Shown here: positions 52,385 to 64,000 of the stretch, piece after piece
Layout: every line of letters begins with the position of its first letter
Position numbering within the stretch: the stretch's first letter is position 1
From: Epiperipatus broadwayi
Lineage: Eukaryota > Animalia > Onychophora
Assembly (NCBI GenBank): GCA_028023455.1
Contig: JAQFVV010000010.1
Location: 10,850,001-10,914,000, forward strand
Reading direction: 5' to 3'
Length of the DNA stretch: 64,000 nucleotides
Translations under genes and position numbers: made by a program
Notes under the pieces: generated by a model
The model's database searches: none
Told to the model about the DNA's origin: nothing
The model's input: the letters and a program-made list of their open reading frames with translations, nothing else

Positions 52385-53045
52385 CCTCCTTGTATTCAAT
52401 ATATATAGCATTTTGTTGATAAACATTGATTAGAATCGAATATATATTGTTTATTGAATTGTAAGTGTATAATGCTTTTCAACATACATATGTATATATC
52501 ATAGACACTTTTTCATATGTAGGCATATACAAAATTTTAAAAAATAATATAATTATTAATAAAAAATCTAGGGGGATACATTTACATATATTGTACTGAT
52601 TGTATGTTCACTCATGCATTCATGAAGCAAGGAGAATAAGAAAAAACTAACTACTGTAATTTTATTTTTAAAATAAATAGCAAAATGTCTGACTTTCTCA
52701 CTATTATATATGCTCTGGGTGATTTTCTTTTTAAAAACTTTTATAAAATCAATATACTAGTCTCTTAACAAGAAATTATGATCATTTTTTTTTTGTTTAA
52801 GTTAGTATTATCCTTAATTATGTTTAAACTTTTGTAAAAAAATTAGTATTACTCCTAGAAAATAATTTATTATGCAAAATACTGCACATCAAATTCAGAA
52901 AGGATAATAAAGAAAGAATAAGATGTTTGTCCTTTCAACATAAACCAAATAAATTTTATTAATATATATCATCATGTACTGTGGTAGGAGAAAAAGGCTG
53001 TTTAAATATCATAAAATTTGTGAATTTTAATGGGCTTTTTTTTGT
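52385..53045 (+). repeat. Unclassified dispersed repeat, copy 2 (see 2200-2970)
   Basis: Colinear similarity to 2200-2970. Confidence 0.65.
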
Positions 53046-55174
53046 GTGCTTATTTAAATTTTTGTTTATTTTCTTACACAGCATAGTTAACAGTTCCACT
53101 GCTTTCTCAAAAAACTAGAACCTCTTTTAAACTTGGAAGAATTGCTATCATCATTAATTTTGCACGTTGGGCTCATATATTTTAATTTTCAAATTCACAA
53201 CTGCAATACACTATCATAACTGCATACATTGGAGCTGCAGTTATGGCAACAGCATTGAGTGCATGATAGAATGATAGAAAAAAGAGTGGCTACTATTATA
53301 TAAGAAGAAATACGTGTATGAAATTGATGAAATTTTAATTTTTTATTCAATATTTTTTTCAAACCACAGATTATTGAATCAGAAGGTTTTGAAATAGCAT
53401 AATTTTCTCATGATTTCTATTCCATTTAGTGTAAGTTTTCATTATCAATAGATGGTATGTGGTAGTGCTTAATGTATCCCTATCCAGTACTTAGTATCTC
53501 CAGATTAATTTCTAGTTTATAATTTTCGTCATCAAGGAGCTTTTTGGATTTTTTGAACAATGCATTTGAACCTTTGGATCTAATAACTTTCCTCTAGTAG
53601 CTACTTTTTTTTACCTTTTTATTATCAAGCTACCAGCCCAAATCAAAATACTTAACTTGAGCATAAAGATTTTGAAATAATGGATATTACAGTGGAACTG
53701 TATTTTCCAAAAATAAAAAAAAATCATTTAATGATTAAAAAAATATTTATTTTTTATAAATTTATCTGCATGATTGTAAAAGAACAATTAAATATTTTTG
53801 TGCATTTTTAAAATTTATATATGTACTATATATTTTAGTTAAATGTATTTTTTACTAATTACTCTGTATTGTGGAATAAATAGCTACTATATTTTTAAAA
53901 TCACATTGTATATTTGTTTGTTTTTATGTGTGAGCTTATGCATTTATATTCCTGTAAATACTTACATCTTGCATAATTATTCAACCATTCTATGAATGAG
54001 GGGCCTCTATATATTAAGTATAAATATTTTTGAATTTAGTGTTCAACAAAAATAAATAATATAAAAATATAATGGAAGAGAGAATTTAAAATCAAGTAAA
54101 TTTAGAACATATTAAGATTTTAAAATGAGTTTGAAAACTTTTTAAAAAGGGTGAACCATACAAAAAGGATTAGAAATAAAGGTCCTAAAAGAATTGAAGA
54201 TGCAATTATTAAATATAAAAATTAAGGATTATCTATAATATACATTGCAGAAAATATTAATATAATCTATTAAGAGGGTTCCCCTGAAAACATTCCCATG
54301 ATGTTTTAAGAATTGTTTACAATTCAAAAGTTAGCTATTATGTATTTGTAACATTTATATTTTATTTTACAATGAGTTCAGTAGAGGGTGCTTAATGATT
54401 AGTGAATATCTTATTTTAGCATAATTGATTTATAATGAATCTTGAGCTTCAAATACTGCAAAAACTTTTATTTTAATTTCAGTAGTCATGTCATAATTAC
54501 TATTGATAATAATTCATGTAATTTTTTTTTATGTTGCATGTTTGCAAAAACATTTATCAGAGACATTATTGAAGTTATAAAACTTCAATATATGTATAGT
54601 TAGAATATGAAAATGCTCTTTGCAAAATTTATTATGAAATAAAATCTTAATGTTATATAATAGTTAACTTTTGAATTATAAACTATGATCAATACAAGAT
54701 ACTTTGTGCAGGTTTTTTTCACAGCAAGACTCTTTAGTATTGTAACTCATATAAACTTTAGTTCCTTAATATAATATATTCATGCCTAAAGAAACCATAC
54801 TTTTAAAATTTTTTAATTACAAATCTAGAAAAAGTAATATAGTAGGGAAAAAAGATGTTTTAGAAGTTAAAAAAGGAAGTGAAACTAAATTGAAAGAAGT
54901 CCTGCAGTAGAATAAAAGTATATTTATATATAAAATCTTTTCATTTAGCTTTTAATATTTTAAAAATAAATAAAAAAGGTAACTTAAAATCTACATTATC
55001 TGTTTCTAGACTTTTATTTTTAAAAATGTAATTTTCTAAACAATAAATTTAATGTACTAAGATATAATATTTAGTCCATTCATTATGTGCAGCTGTTTTA
55101 TTTTTTAATTCAACATATAAATTTCTTAGTAGTTGTGGTAGTCTTATGTGATTTAGTGCAATTATACAACAGAC

Positions 55175-55260
55175 TGAAAAAGTAAAGATTCATGCATAAA
55201 TTATGAAAAAGTAAAGATTCATGCATAAATTATGAAAAAGTAAAGATTCATGCATAAATT
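55175..55260. repeat. 3 x 29-bp tandem repeat
   Basis: TGAAAAAGTAAAGATTCATGCATAAATTA x3 (last copy 28 nt). Confidence 0.95.
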
Positions 55261-56645
55261 TTCAACAAAATAAAAAAAAAGTTTACCCTAAACAACTAAC
55301 TATATAATTATCTGTATATTCTATATGCCTTTTAATATTACATTAAAATATTACAAGTGAAATCTTTACTTTTTTTTTTTAAGATGTGAAAAGCATTAAG
55401 CTGTCACTGAATGATTTTGTATTAATTTCTTTTTTTAATGAAATTTTATTTTTTAGAACATTTGTCTATATTCGTTTTTTGACATTAATATGTCTCATCA
55501 TCACATTTTATTGTCTCCTATTACTATGACATAATTTATTTAGTAGATTTTTACTTCTCTTATATTGCTGTAAACCATGAGCTTCTAATTGAATAGTGTT
55601 TCTTTTGTTATTACATACACAATTTTTTAATATACCTATTATTAAAATTTATTGTTTTTCTAGTTGCTAGTTATTAATTTCCTACATTTCAACTTTCTTA
55701 TTTGTCATCACCAAGGTTTATTTAACATATCTATATTATATGAGTTTTAACAAACTTGAGATTTGACACTGATAACATTCACAAAGAGAACATAATAAAA
55801 AAAAAGAATAAACAGAGCTATAATTTTACAGACAATAAATATTTATTAAAAAATGAAATTTTTAAAAAATCCATAATTAATAATTATCTTTAATAAGTTA
55901 TGAAAAAATATAAATACAAATATTTTAATAAAATAAACAAAATTAAAGAAAATACTAGTAATAAAAAATCAAAAAGTTATATATATATATATTAGATTAA
56001 AAAACAAAACAAAAGTGCATATAAACAATGACTACAATGATCAAAAAATTAAATAAAACATTTAAACAAAAAATCAAATTTGTATATATAAAAAAATCTA
56101 ATACAAATAATTTATTAAATTTAAATAAAGATGGTGAAAATATAAAAGGTATATATATACATGAAATAAAATGTGAAAAACTGTGAAAATAAAGAAATAA
56201 TAATTATAACATTTAAATCATTAAAAAAAAAAAATTTACACATATAAAATAGATGATTAATTTTACAATTTCAGAACAAAAATAATTTAATTTTTTCAAT
56301 TAAAATTAGCATAAATAGATAAATACATTCTTTCCTTTAATATTATAAGGAAAGTATGTATTCATTTACATAATAAGAATTATATTAAAAAAAATAGAAA
56401 TTTAAGTGTTCAAAAGCAGATAGCAGTCTATAATAAAAATTATTGGACATTGTGCAATTTTTTTTTTTTTTTACAGTATTAATATAATGTACAGTTTGAC
56501 CATTTGATGGAACTACATAATATTTCCGAGAGTGAAAAAAAAAAAAAAATCTATAATAAATAAAATCAAGAAAATAATATATTTTGCAATAAAAATAATT
56601 TATTTACCAAAATAATAATAATTATTTATGGACAATTGAAATCTT

Positions 56646-56821
56646 AAACTGGATTCCAAGAGATTGTAAAAGACCCAGAAAGAGACCACATGTGAGATAG
56701 ATAGATGAAATAAGAAAGTATGTGGGGGTGATGTGGAGAAGAGAAGCTAAAGGTCGGAGAAGATGGATTAAACTTGGAGAGACCTTCATCCTGCAGTGGA
56801 TTGATAATAGTTGATGATGAT
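56646..56821 (+). mobile_element. RTE LINE 3' fragment
   Basis: Matches 34375-34550 and 25834-26015. Confidence 0.92.
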
Positions 56822-57479
56822 TTAATAAAAAAATATATATCCATGACTATTAATAAAAATCCATAAAAAATGTTCACATTTTTTCTTGAATTTCTGTTAC
56901 AAATTTATATTAAATAAAATTAAGAAAATTATATATTTTGCAACAAAAATATTAAAGAAAGCAAAATGTAGTCCATGTAGAAAATTTTATAAAATAAAAA
57001 TCAATGATATGTAATATACACTTGTAATCATAAATTCAAGGATAAATGGAGAAATTTGTATGGATTTGCATTCAATATATTTTTTTGTTAAATAATTGAT
57101 AATTTTTTGGTCAATAAATTATGTCGCAAAACATTATTTTCTTGATTTTATTTAATATAAACTCAGTTAAAAAAAAAAAGTGAAAATTTTATTTTTTATT
57201 GATTACTTTTTCTTACTCATTGTAATTATTAAATAGATCAATAAAGATGGTAGTCTGTACCCATTATTTGCATTAATTTTACAATTTTCAGAATAAATAG
57301 ATAGATTAATTTCATGTAAGAAATGGAATAAGTAAAGTTATGGGAAACAAATATAATGAAAAAAATAATTTGGAGTTATAACCTGTATATTTAATAACCT
57401 GTATATTTATACTTTACGTTTGTTCAATATAATAATAAATCGTGTTTTCACACTTCAAACGTACAAGATATAAAAGAAT

Positions 57480-57900
57480 ATATAATTGCATTAAAGGGAA
57501 CTTGCTGTTATTTGGTACAAGGGCATAAGGTTTAGTTACCAAGGTAAGAAGGCAAAAATGGAATAAGAATTTGAATTGTAGTTTTAATTTATAATGGGAA
57601 TGGAAGAGAAAATATTGAAGATCTATTTTTGAAGTGTAGGATATTGAAAGAATTAGGATAAAATTATATGAAGAATAGAAAAAATTTAAAGGCATATAGA
57701 GTGAAAGAAATGGAGATTTTATGATATTTTGTTTCCTTCTTTATAACAAATTTAGAGAATATAATGATAGAATATGGAACTAATGAAATAGCTTTTATTA
57801 AAATGGGATATGAGGTAAAAAAGATATGAATTAGAGTTAGAAAATAATTGGGTAGTGAGGAAGAAATAGATGAATTTATCATAGTATATAAAGATTTTGG
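57480..57900 (+). pseudogene. Decayed L1/Tx1-like C-terminal relic
   Basis: ENIEDLFLKCRI resembles the zf-RVT ETxEHLFFEC motif. Confidence 0.35.
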
Positions 57901-59149
57901 AGGCAATGTTTAACTTAGTTTATAAAGTTTGTGGATTTACAGTCTATGCACAGGAACCTGATTTTGTTTAAGAAACTATTTTACATTGTATCACTATGAA
58001 ATCAGTATATCTCAGTATAGTTTAAACATTAAGCAGTCTGCATAATTTAACAAAGGTTGATGGTTATTTTTGTTGTCTTTATCATGTTATTGAAAATAAA
58101 GTGGAAATATAAAATTGCTTTCTAATTTAAGTGTATAGATAAAAATATATACTTGTATAAAATAATCATAAAAATATAAAATAAATTATATATTTATATT
58201 CCATAAAAATGTAAATATATACAATAATGTTTATGGGAGTGATAATGAAAATTTTAATGTGATGTTCTCACTATTTTATTTTATATATTAATTATAGATT
58301 TATATACTCAATAAAAAGTGAAATTAATAAATAACAGTTAAAAATCACTAAATTTTAGTGTTTTAATAACAGAAACAAAAAAGCACACATACAGAGATAA
58401 CACTATCACATATCATTTATTATATTAAAGAGCTACAATTTATGTGATGATCTGATATAAAATCACTTCTCCTTAGATATAATTATAAGTTTCTGCAATA
58501 TACCTGACAGCCAAGTTAAATATTTCCTCCTTCTGGAATTATCATTTACTTTTTACTCTTTAATATCAAATCATTCTTTCACCTGGGATTTATTTATTTA
58601 CTTCATAAATCGAAAGATTTCATGGTTTATTTATATATAATATTTAGTGAATTAAATGTGAAGGTGTTTAAAGCTTCACGTTCTTAGGTCAAAATGTTTG
58701 AGACTGGCTTATTTATATATAAATTTAAGTAGAGAAGAAGGTGGGAACCATTTTTTTCCTGTAAAATCTCTGCCTTGAGAGTTTTCTGTGCAGTCATTAT
58801 TACATCTGATTGGCTATCTTATAAGCATTTTTAAAGTGCATCTGTCAAAGGTTTCAGTCTTTCATATTATTATTATTCTGCATTAGTAAAAGATGTTTCA
58901 TTAATTCCATTATTCTATTCTAACAGTTTCCAAAATCATGAAATCTATTTCTTTCTTCCTTTTATTCTTAATTTTTTTTCTACTCGTCTTAAATTTACCT
59001 ATGTTTTTCAATGTTTATACACCAAAAGTAAATGTTCAATAATCTCCATTCCTTTTCATAAAAGCTACTTTTCCAAATTCTTATTAATAATCAATAAAGC
59101 AAATCATATATAACATGACATTGCTTTTATAAGCTTGTATTTATAAAAA

Positions 59150-59370
59150 TGTAATACAGAGAGCATACCAATAGCTCAAACAAGCTTTTAATTGATAAGT
59201 GCGGTAAGAGAAAATATTTAAAATCTTTATCCGGAATACTCTTATCCCCATTGATAAGTGTGATAAGAGAAAAGGGATGAGTATTCTGGATAGAGATTTT
59301 AGATATTTTCTCTTATCACACTTATCAATTAAGAGCTTGTTTGAACTATTGGTACACTCTCTGTATTACA
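59150..59370. repeat. Fold-back/MITE-like element, about 97-bp arms with a templated 24-bp spacer
   Basis: 59150-59248 versus 59274-59370; spacer 59250-59273 is the exact reverse complement of 59306-59329. Confidence 0.88.
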
Positions 59371-59630
59371 AATTCTTATTATATATATGCTTTCTTCTGA
59401 TATTCAAAGTTCCTATCCTTATGCCTAATAATAATATTTTCTACAGTTTTTCCTACATTCTTGTATATTCATTTTCCATAAATAGTTTTTAATCTCAAAA
59501 TAAACCCCGCCCCCACCTGTAATACATTCTGTGCATATTTATATCATTTAATATATAAATACATAAAAATAAACTTAAGCATATTGTAAAATTTTCTTGC
59601 CCAATGTGTTATTATCCTTTTCACATAATC

Positions 59631-60101
59631 CAGGGGTGGGCAAATAGTGGCACGCTAAGAGTTTTTATGCGGCCCACCAAGACCATCAGAAAAATCCATC
59701 TTGAACTGAGATTTCCTTCATGTGTGACCAAAGATTTGTCTCATACTTTCCACTAGGATGGCCACATCAATACACATGCATAGTGTAGATACGATGTGCA
59801 GTGCTTTTCCAGTTGATCTAATTAATTTCAATTTTGACTTTGCATTAGCAAATATATATATTTCCAACTTTAGTGAAACCATGAACCCCCCGAAAAAATG
59901 TAAAATCGGTGATGAAAGTCATGTGTTTAATGAAGAATGGACAAATATTTCTTTGATAATACAAGAAATAAAGCAGTTTATTTATTGTGTCATGAAAAAA
60001 AGGTGCGGCCCTCCACTAACCTTCATTTCCACAAAGTGGCCCCTGATTCAGCCCTCTGCCAATCTTTGTGCCCCCCAAGCCAAAACAATTGCCCACCCCT
60101 G
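59631..60101 (+). mobile_element. Non-autonomous hAT (internal-deletion derivative, SPIN/GTF2IRD2-like)
   Basis: TIRs CAGGGGTGGGCAA / TTGCCCACCCCTG; TSD ACATAATC / ACACAATC; residual N-terminus MNPPKKCKIGDESHVFNEEWT. Confidence 0.9.
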
Positions 60102-61046
60102 ACACAATCCCTTTAAATACTATTTTTAATATACTTTTAATTTCTCCTTTTAAAAAAAAGTTCTCCCCATTTCCCATGAATATTTTTATTTGCTGGCTAC
60201 AATTTATTTCCTAGTACATATCTAACTACTTTTTTTTTCTATTTAAAAATTTCCAAATCCCCTGACTAATATAAAGTGCTTCATTTTCAAATGTTAAAAC
60301 AAGTATTGCAGCATATTTCCAAACAATTTTACATATCATATTCATTATATGGAAAGAATGCCAGATTTTGTTAATCCCATTCTATTTTTTTGCTTTTTTT
60401 CCTCAATTAGTAATTCCCAATTGTTTGTATAATTCTTTTTCCATATAATAAAATACCTATAGTCCCTCACTTCTTCATGACAGACATTTTCCAATTTTCA
60501 TTCTTCAATTTTATCTTTTTCATTAAATAATAAAATCTTATATTTTTAAAAATGAATTTACATTTTTATACTTTCTACTTCTCCATATTGCTCTAATAAC
60601 AGCTCTATCTTTTATACTATTTGTAAAAAAATGTCATGCCACTTTAAACTCCTTATCTACCAATTCTCTTAAGAATAACATAAACAATAATGATGATGTC
60701 AGTATGATTTTAAATTTGATACCTACCAGCATAACCCCAGTTACTTATTATTATTATTTAAAAGTTATATTGTAAAGAAATTTAATCATTCTTATCTAAG
60801 TCTGTTTCCATATTTTTAAGATTTTTTCCGCACTTTATTCCTATCAACTCTATCATATGCCTTTTCTAAATCTAAAAATGCAATCAAATAATGATTTGCT
60901 TTTCCTGTAAAGCATTTCAATCAACTGGATAACAGTAATTAAATTATTTTTTATCTGTCCCCTGAATGACATTTATTGTGAATCTTTCTCAATTATTAAT
61001 ATGAAAATATTTTATAAACTCCCAAATATATTCAGATACTAGATCT

Positions 61047-61265
61047 ACCCTGGCACCTCTCTGAGGAGTGCCAAAGCACGAAACCATGGTCAGGGGTTTG
61101 GGAGGGGGGGGTTCCTGACAGAGATATTTTAAATGCTTTTTCTGGCTAAGCATTTAACACAAAACTTGTTGAGGAATTGGCAATCCTCATTGTTTATAAC
61201 TTACAAGCTTAAGAGAATAGGGTCATGTGATCTATGATTTTTTTTTTGACTATCCCAAATATATT
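61047..61265 (+). mobile_element. Family C HHR element, copy 2 (no fold-back arm)
   Basis: High identity to 22396-22625. Confidence 0.88.
61055..61097 (+). ncRNA. Type I hammerhead ribozyme, textbook-intact (family C)
   Basis: ACCTCT CTGAGGA GTGC caaa GCAC GAAA C catg G TC AGGGGT; cleavage predicted after 61091. Confidence 0.9.
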
Positions 61266-63081
61266 GTTCCTAGTCTATAGATAGTTAATAACTTAAAATC
61301 TTTTTTTTTTGTATAATAATTTAATTTTAGCACTTTTCTATTCATGTAGAATTTTATCTATAGTTTTATTAAAACCTTTTTTTAAAATCACATATCTTCT
61401 CACTTCAAATTCTTATTAAGTTGACTTTATTTGTTGCTTAATTCTATTCAAGCTATTTTATTTTTTAAGTAGCTATTCCATCTAATCATTACATCCTCTA
61501 TTATGTGATTCTCAACAGTCTCTTTTTAGTTAATACTTATTTTATTTTTCTTTTACACTTTAGAAAGAAATTTGTTTATTTTTCATTAAAAATAGTAGTT
61601 CTCAATAAACACTTATCTGTCCATTTATAAAATTTAAATTCACTATATTAAATATTTTTTTCCAAGATATTATTAAACACTCAGTTTAATTTAATTTTTC
61701 CAATAGCCCTAATTCTATCAGAATAAAATTATAATCCCTCTTACTCCCATCCCCTTTTTTTGTCATCAAATACTTTAATTCTTTTTAGCTTAATTATCTC
61801 CTTCTTCTCAGTTTTAATAATTCTATGTCTTCTAATTTTCAATTGCTAAGACTTTGTCATACTATAAATATTCCTGCAAATTTTTCTAATTTCTTTATCT
61901 ATTTTTTTTTACCAACTCTTTTTTTTTTTTTTTGGCATTCTTTTTCTTTTTTTCAGTATCCAATTTAATATTTGTTTCAGTAAAATTTTCTGATACATTC
62001 TCTGTTTATGCCCATACTATTTAAATTGTCCTGTTTTGATTTTTTATTTATTGTAGTATGTTCTTTATGTAATGATTTCACATTTGCTCATGCCTGCATT
62101 TAATTTCTTTTAGGTTACTTAATTACTGTCATATGAATTAATTTTTGTATTGCTTTGTTTTGGTAAAAATATTTTTAAATAAGGTCTATATACAATAATA
62201 AACCTATTACTTATGATTTATTTTTTTTATATTGCGTTGCCATTAAAAGACTACTAAATTTAATAATAAATATATATTTTTATTTCTTATGATTTAATTT
62301 TTTCATGACATCTGGTGATAATAAATCATCCAAATTCAAATAGGACACAAAGTAGAACATCACTGCTAATATTTTCAACTTTGAATATATTTAAATTTTT
62401 AGTATAAATTTGAATGATAATTTGTATATATTTTTATTTATTAATAAAAGTTATGTCCTATTATATTTTCATTATAATATTTTTTAAAAACTTATTAATT
62501 TTTTTGTCATTCTTATTTATGACAAAATTTATTTTCAAAATCCTTTGTGTTCATTCATGCACTATGACAATAATATTTTTTAAAACCCCATGACTGTTTA
62601 AGATTATTACGCATTAGTAATTTATGTCATATTCACAATTCTGAATAATTGCATGGTATTTAAAGGTGTTTTTTTTATTTACATTTTTTCTTAATCATTT
62701 CAATAATGGATTTTTTTATTTTTAAGTTTCACTTGACTTGTTTTACTTATGATATACCTTTTACTAGTGAAAATTAATCACTTGTTTATTATTAATAAAT
62801 ATTTGTTATAATCATAAAATTTATTTAATATATGGTCAGATGATCTGGAGATCAGATAACATTCAGGTATTAAAGTGATAGGTAAAATGACAATTCTTCT
62901 CAATTGGCCAGATTAATTTTTTTAGTTTAGTCAGGAAATGATTGGATTAAATTGCTAACATTTATTGTTGTAGCTAATTTGAAATAATAAGGCTAATCAA
63001 AAATTAAATTTTGCTTAAAATGTTTTTAATGTTATCTTACAATTAATTCACTTATAGATTTAAATCTTTTGTTTTTTTTAG

Positions 63082-63159
63082 TTCTTACACTTATATCAGT
63101 CTTCCTGTAGAATGTGAAATTGATGAAACAAAAGAAAATGCAGCTAATCAGAGTGACCA
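63082..63159 (+). CDS. Probable 78-nt internal coding exon (phase 2-2): SYTYISLPVECEIDETKENAANQSD
   Basis: Strong acceptor TCTTTTGTTTTTTTTAG, donor GTAAGT at 63160, open frame; alternative acceptor at 63110. Confidence 0.5.
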
Positions 63160-63932
63160 GTAAGTAAATACATCTGACCTCTTCTCCCCCATTTTTTTAT
63201 ATACATAATACATACATATAAAGCTTTTATGGTGTAGAAATTAGCATATCTTTCTACCACGCTTATGAACTAAGGTTTGAATCTAGAGGAACTTGGAATT
63301 TTTTTTTAGTAGTTAGGTCATTGCTAATCCAGTTAACCATCTAACTGATAACCACAAAATGGGCTGATAGATGTTCTTAGCTCAGGGCAAAACAAAAGAG
63401 TAAAACCTGAATAATACTATCCATTTGCAACTGACTAGCTTCTTGAATATTATCTTCATTATTCCACAACAGTGTAGAGGTATATTAGAAGTATTTTCTT
63501 GCAGTAATCTATTAAAGCTATTTTATATTTTACCTATATAGCATGATATCATATTACACTATTTTAAAGACAGATACTTAGTTTACTTTTGCGACAAATT
63601 CTCAAAATCATATAATTTTATTTCTAGAACACATATATAGTATCAAAGTTTGAAAAGGAAAAAAAAAATTTTTTTTACAAACTTTCAAGAAAAAGCTTAT
63701 TGTTTTAGAGGAAAAAAAGAATGAGAAAATTTGATTTCATTTTTTCATTCTAGCAAACTTTTTTATGTAAAGTTGGATTGAAGTACTTGATACTTTAATT
63801 TTACAAATACATTAATTACAATTATAACAATTCACAATTTGTTAAAAAAACAGCTATCCTAAATTATGTATGTTTGCAAATTGAATTTTAAGTGAAGATA
63901 GACATTATTGTTATATAAACTATATATATATT

Positions 63933-64000
63933 ATCATCTTCAATCATTATCAATCCACTGCAGGATGAGGGTTTCTCCAAGTTCAATCAATCTTCTCTGA
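63933..64000 (-). mobile_element. RTE LINE 3' end, continues beyond the window
   Basis: CATTATCAATCCACTGCAGGATGAGGGTTTCTCCAAG matches the RTE terminus. Confidence 0.9.

Larger units (their letters stand above)
60150..62100 (-). pseudogene. Decayed LINE (APE-RT) relic interrupted by the family C element
   Basis: Clear IAFLDLEKAYDRVDR at about 60840-60890; rest decayed and extent approximate. Confidence 0.65.

Noticed and set aside
53050-54750. Further decayed DNA-transposon relics (also about 13450-13950, 19100-19700, 30100-31050, 58400-59100)
   Set aside because: Composition suggests old coding sequence, but motifs are too weak to classify without a profile search
55175-55260. CRISPR-like array
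   Set aside because: Head-to-tail 29-bp units with no spacers, in a eukaryotic context
59758-60102. 114-aa ORF as a gene
   Set aside because: Chimeric read-through across a hAT deletion derivative; only about 25 codons are transposase-like

Overview
Very AT-rich, CpG-depleted animal (probably invertebrate) genomic DNA, mostly intronic or intergenic and packed with decayed mobile elements. These include a 5'-truncated Penelope-like element (PLE), a near-full-length RTE LINE with several 3' fragments, a full-length SPIN/GTF2IRD2-type hAT with TIRs and TSD, two hAT MITEs, and Buster, Tigger and other LINE relics. Host coding signal is sparse: one likely first coding exon (38376-38836) in a CpG-retaining island, one 78-nt internal exon (63082-63159) and a possible ATG-only first exon on the minus strand (about 10028). 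The main signal, not visible in the ORF track, is a dense set of type I hammerhead ribozyme (HHR) motifs. I count about 19 full or partial copies in 5-6 sequence families (labelled A-E here). About 4-5 have an intact predicted core, stems covary between families, and two families carry tRNA-like Pol III boxes. Most copies sit in fold-back (inverted) insertions, including a perfect 232-bp-arm palindrome and a roughly 290-nt bulged rod. All structures were read by eye: no folding, alignment or database search was run, and boundaries of decayed relics are approximate.
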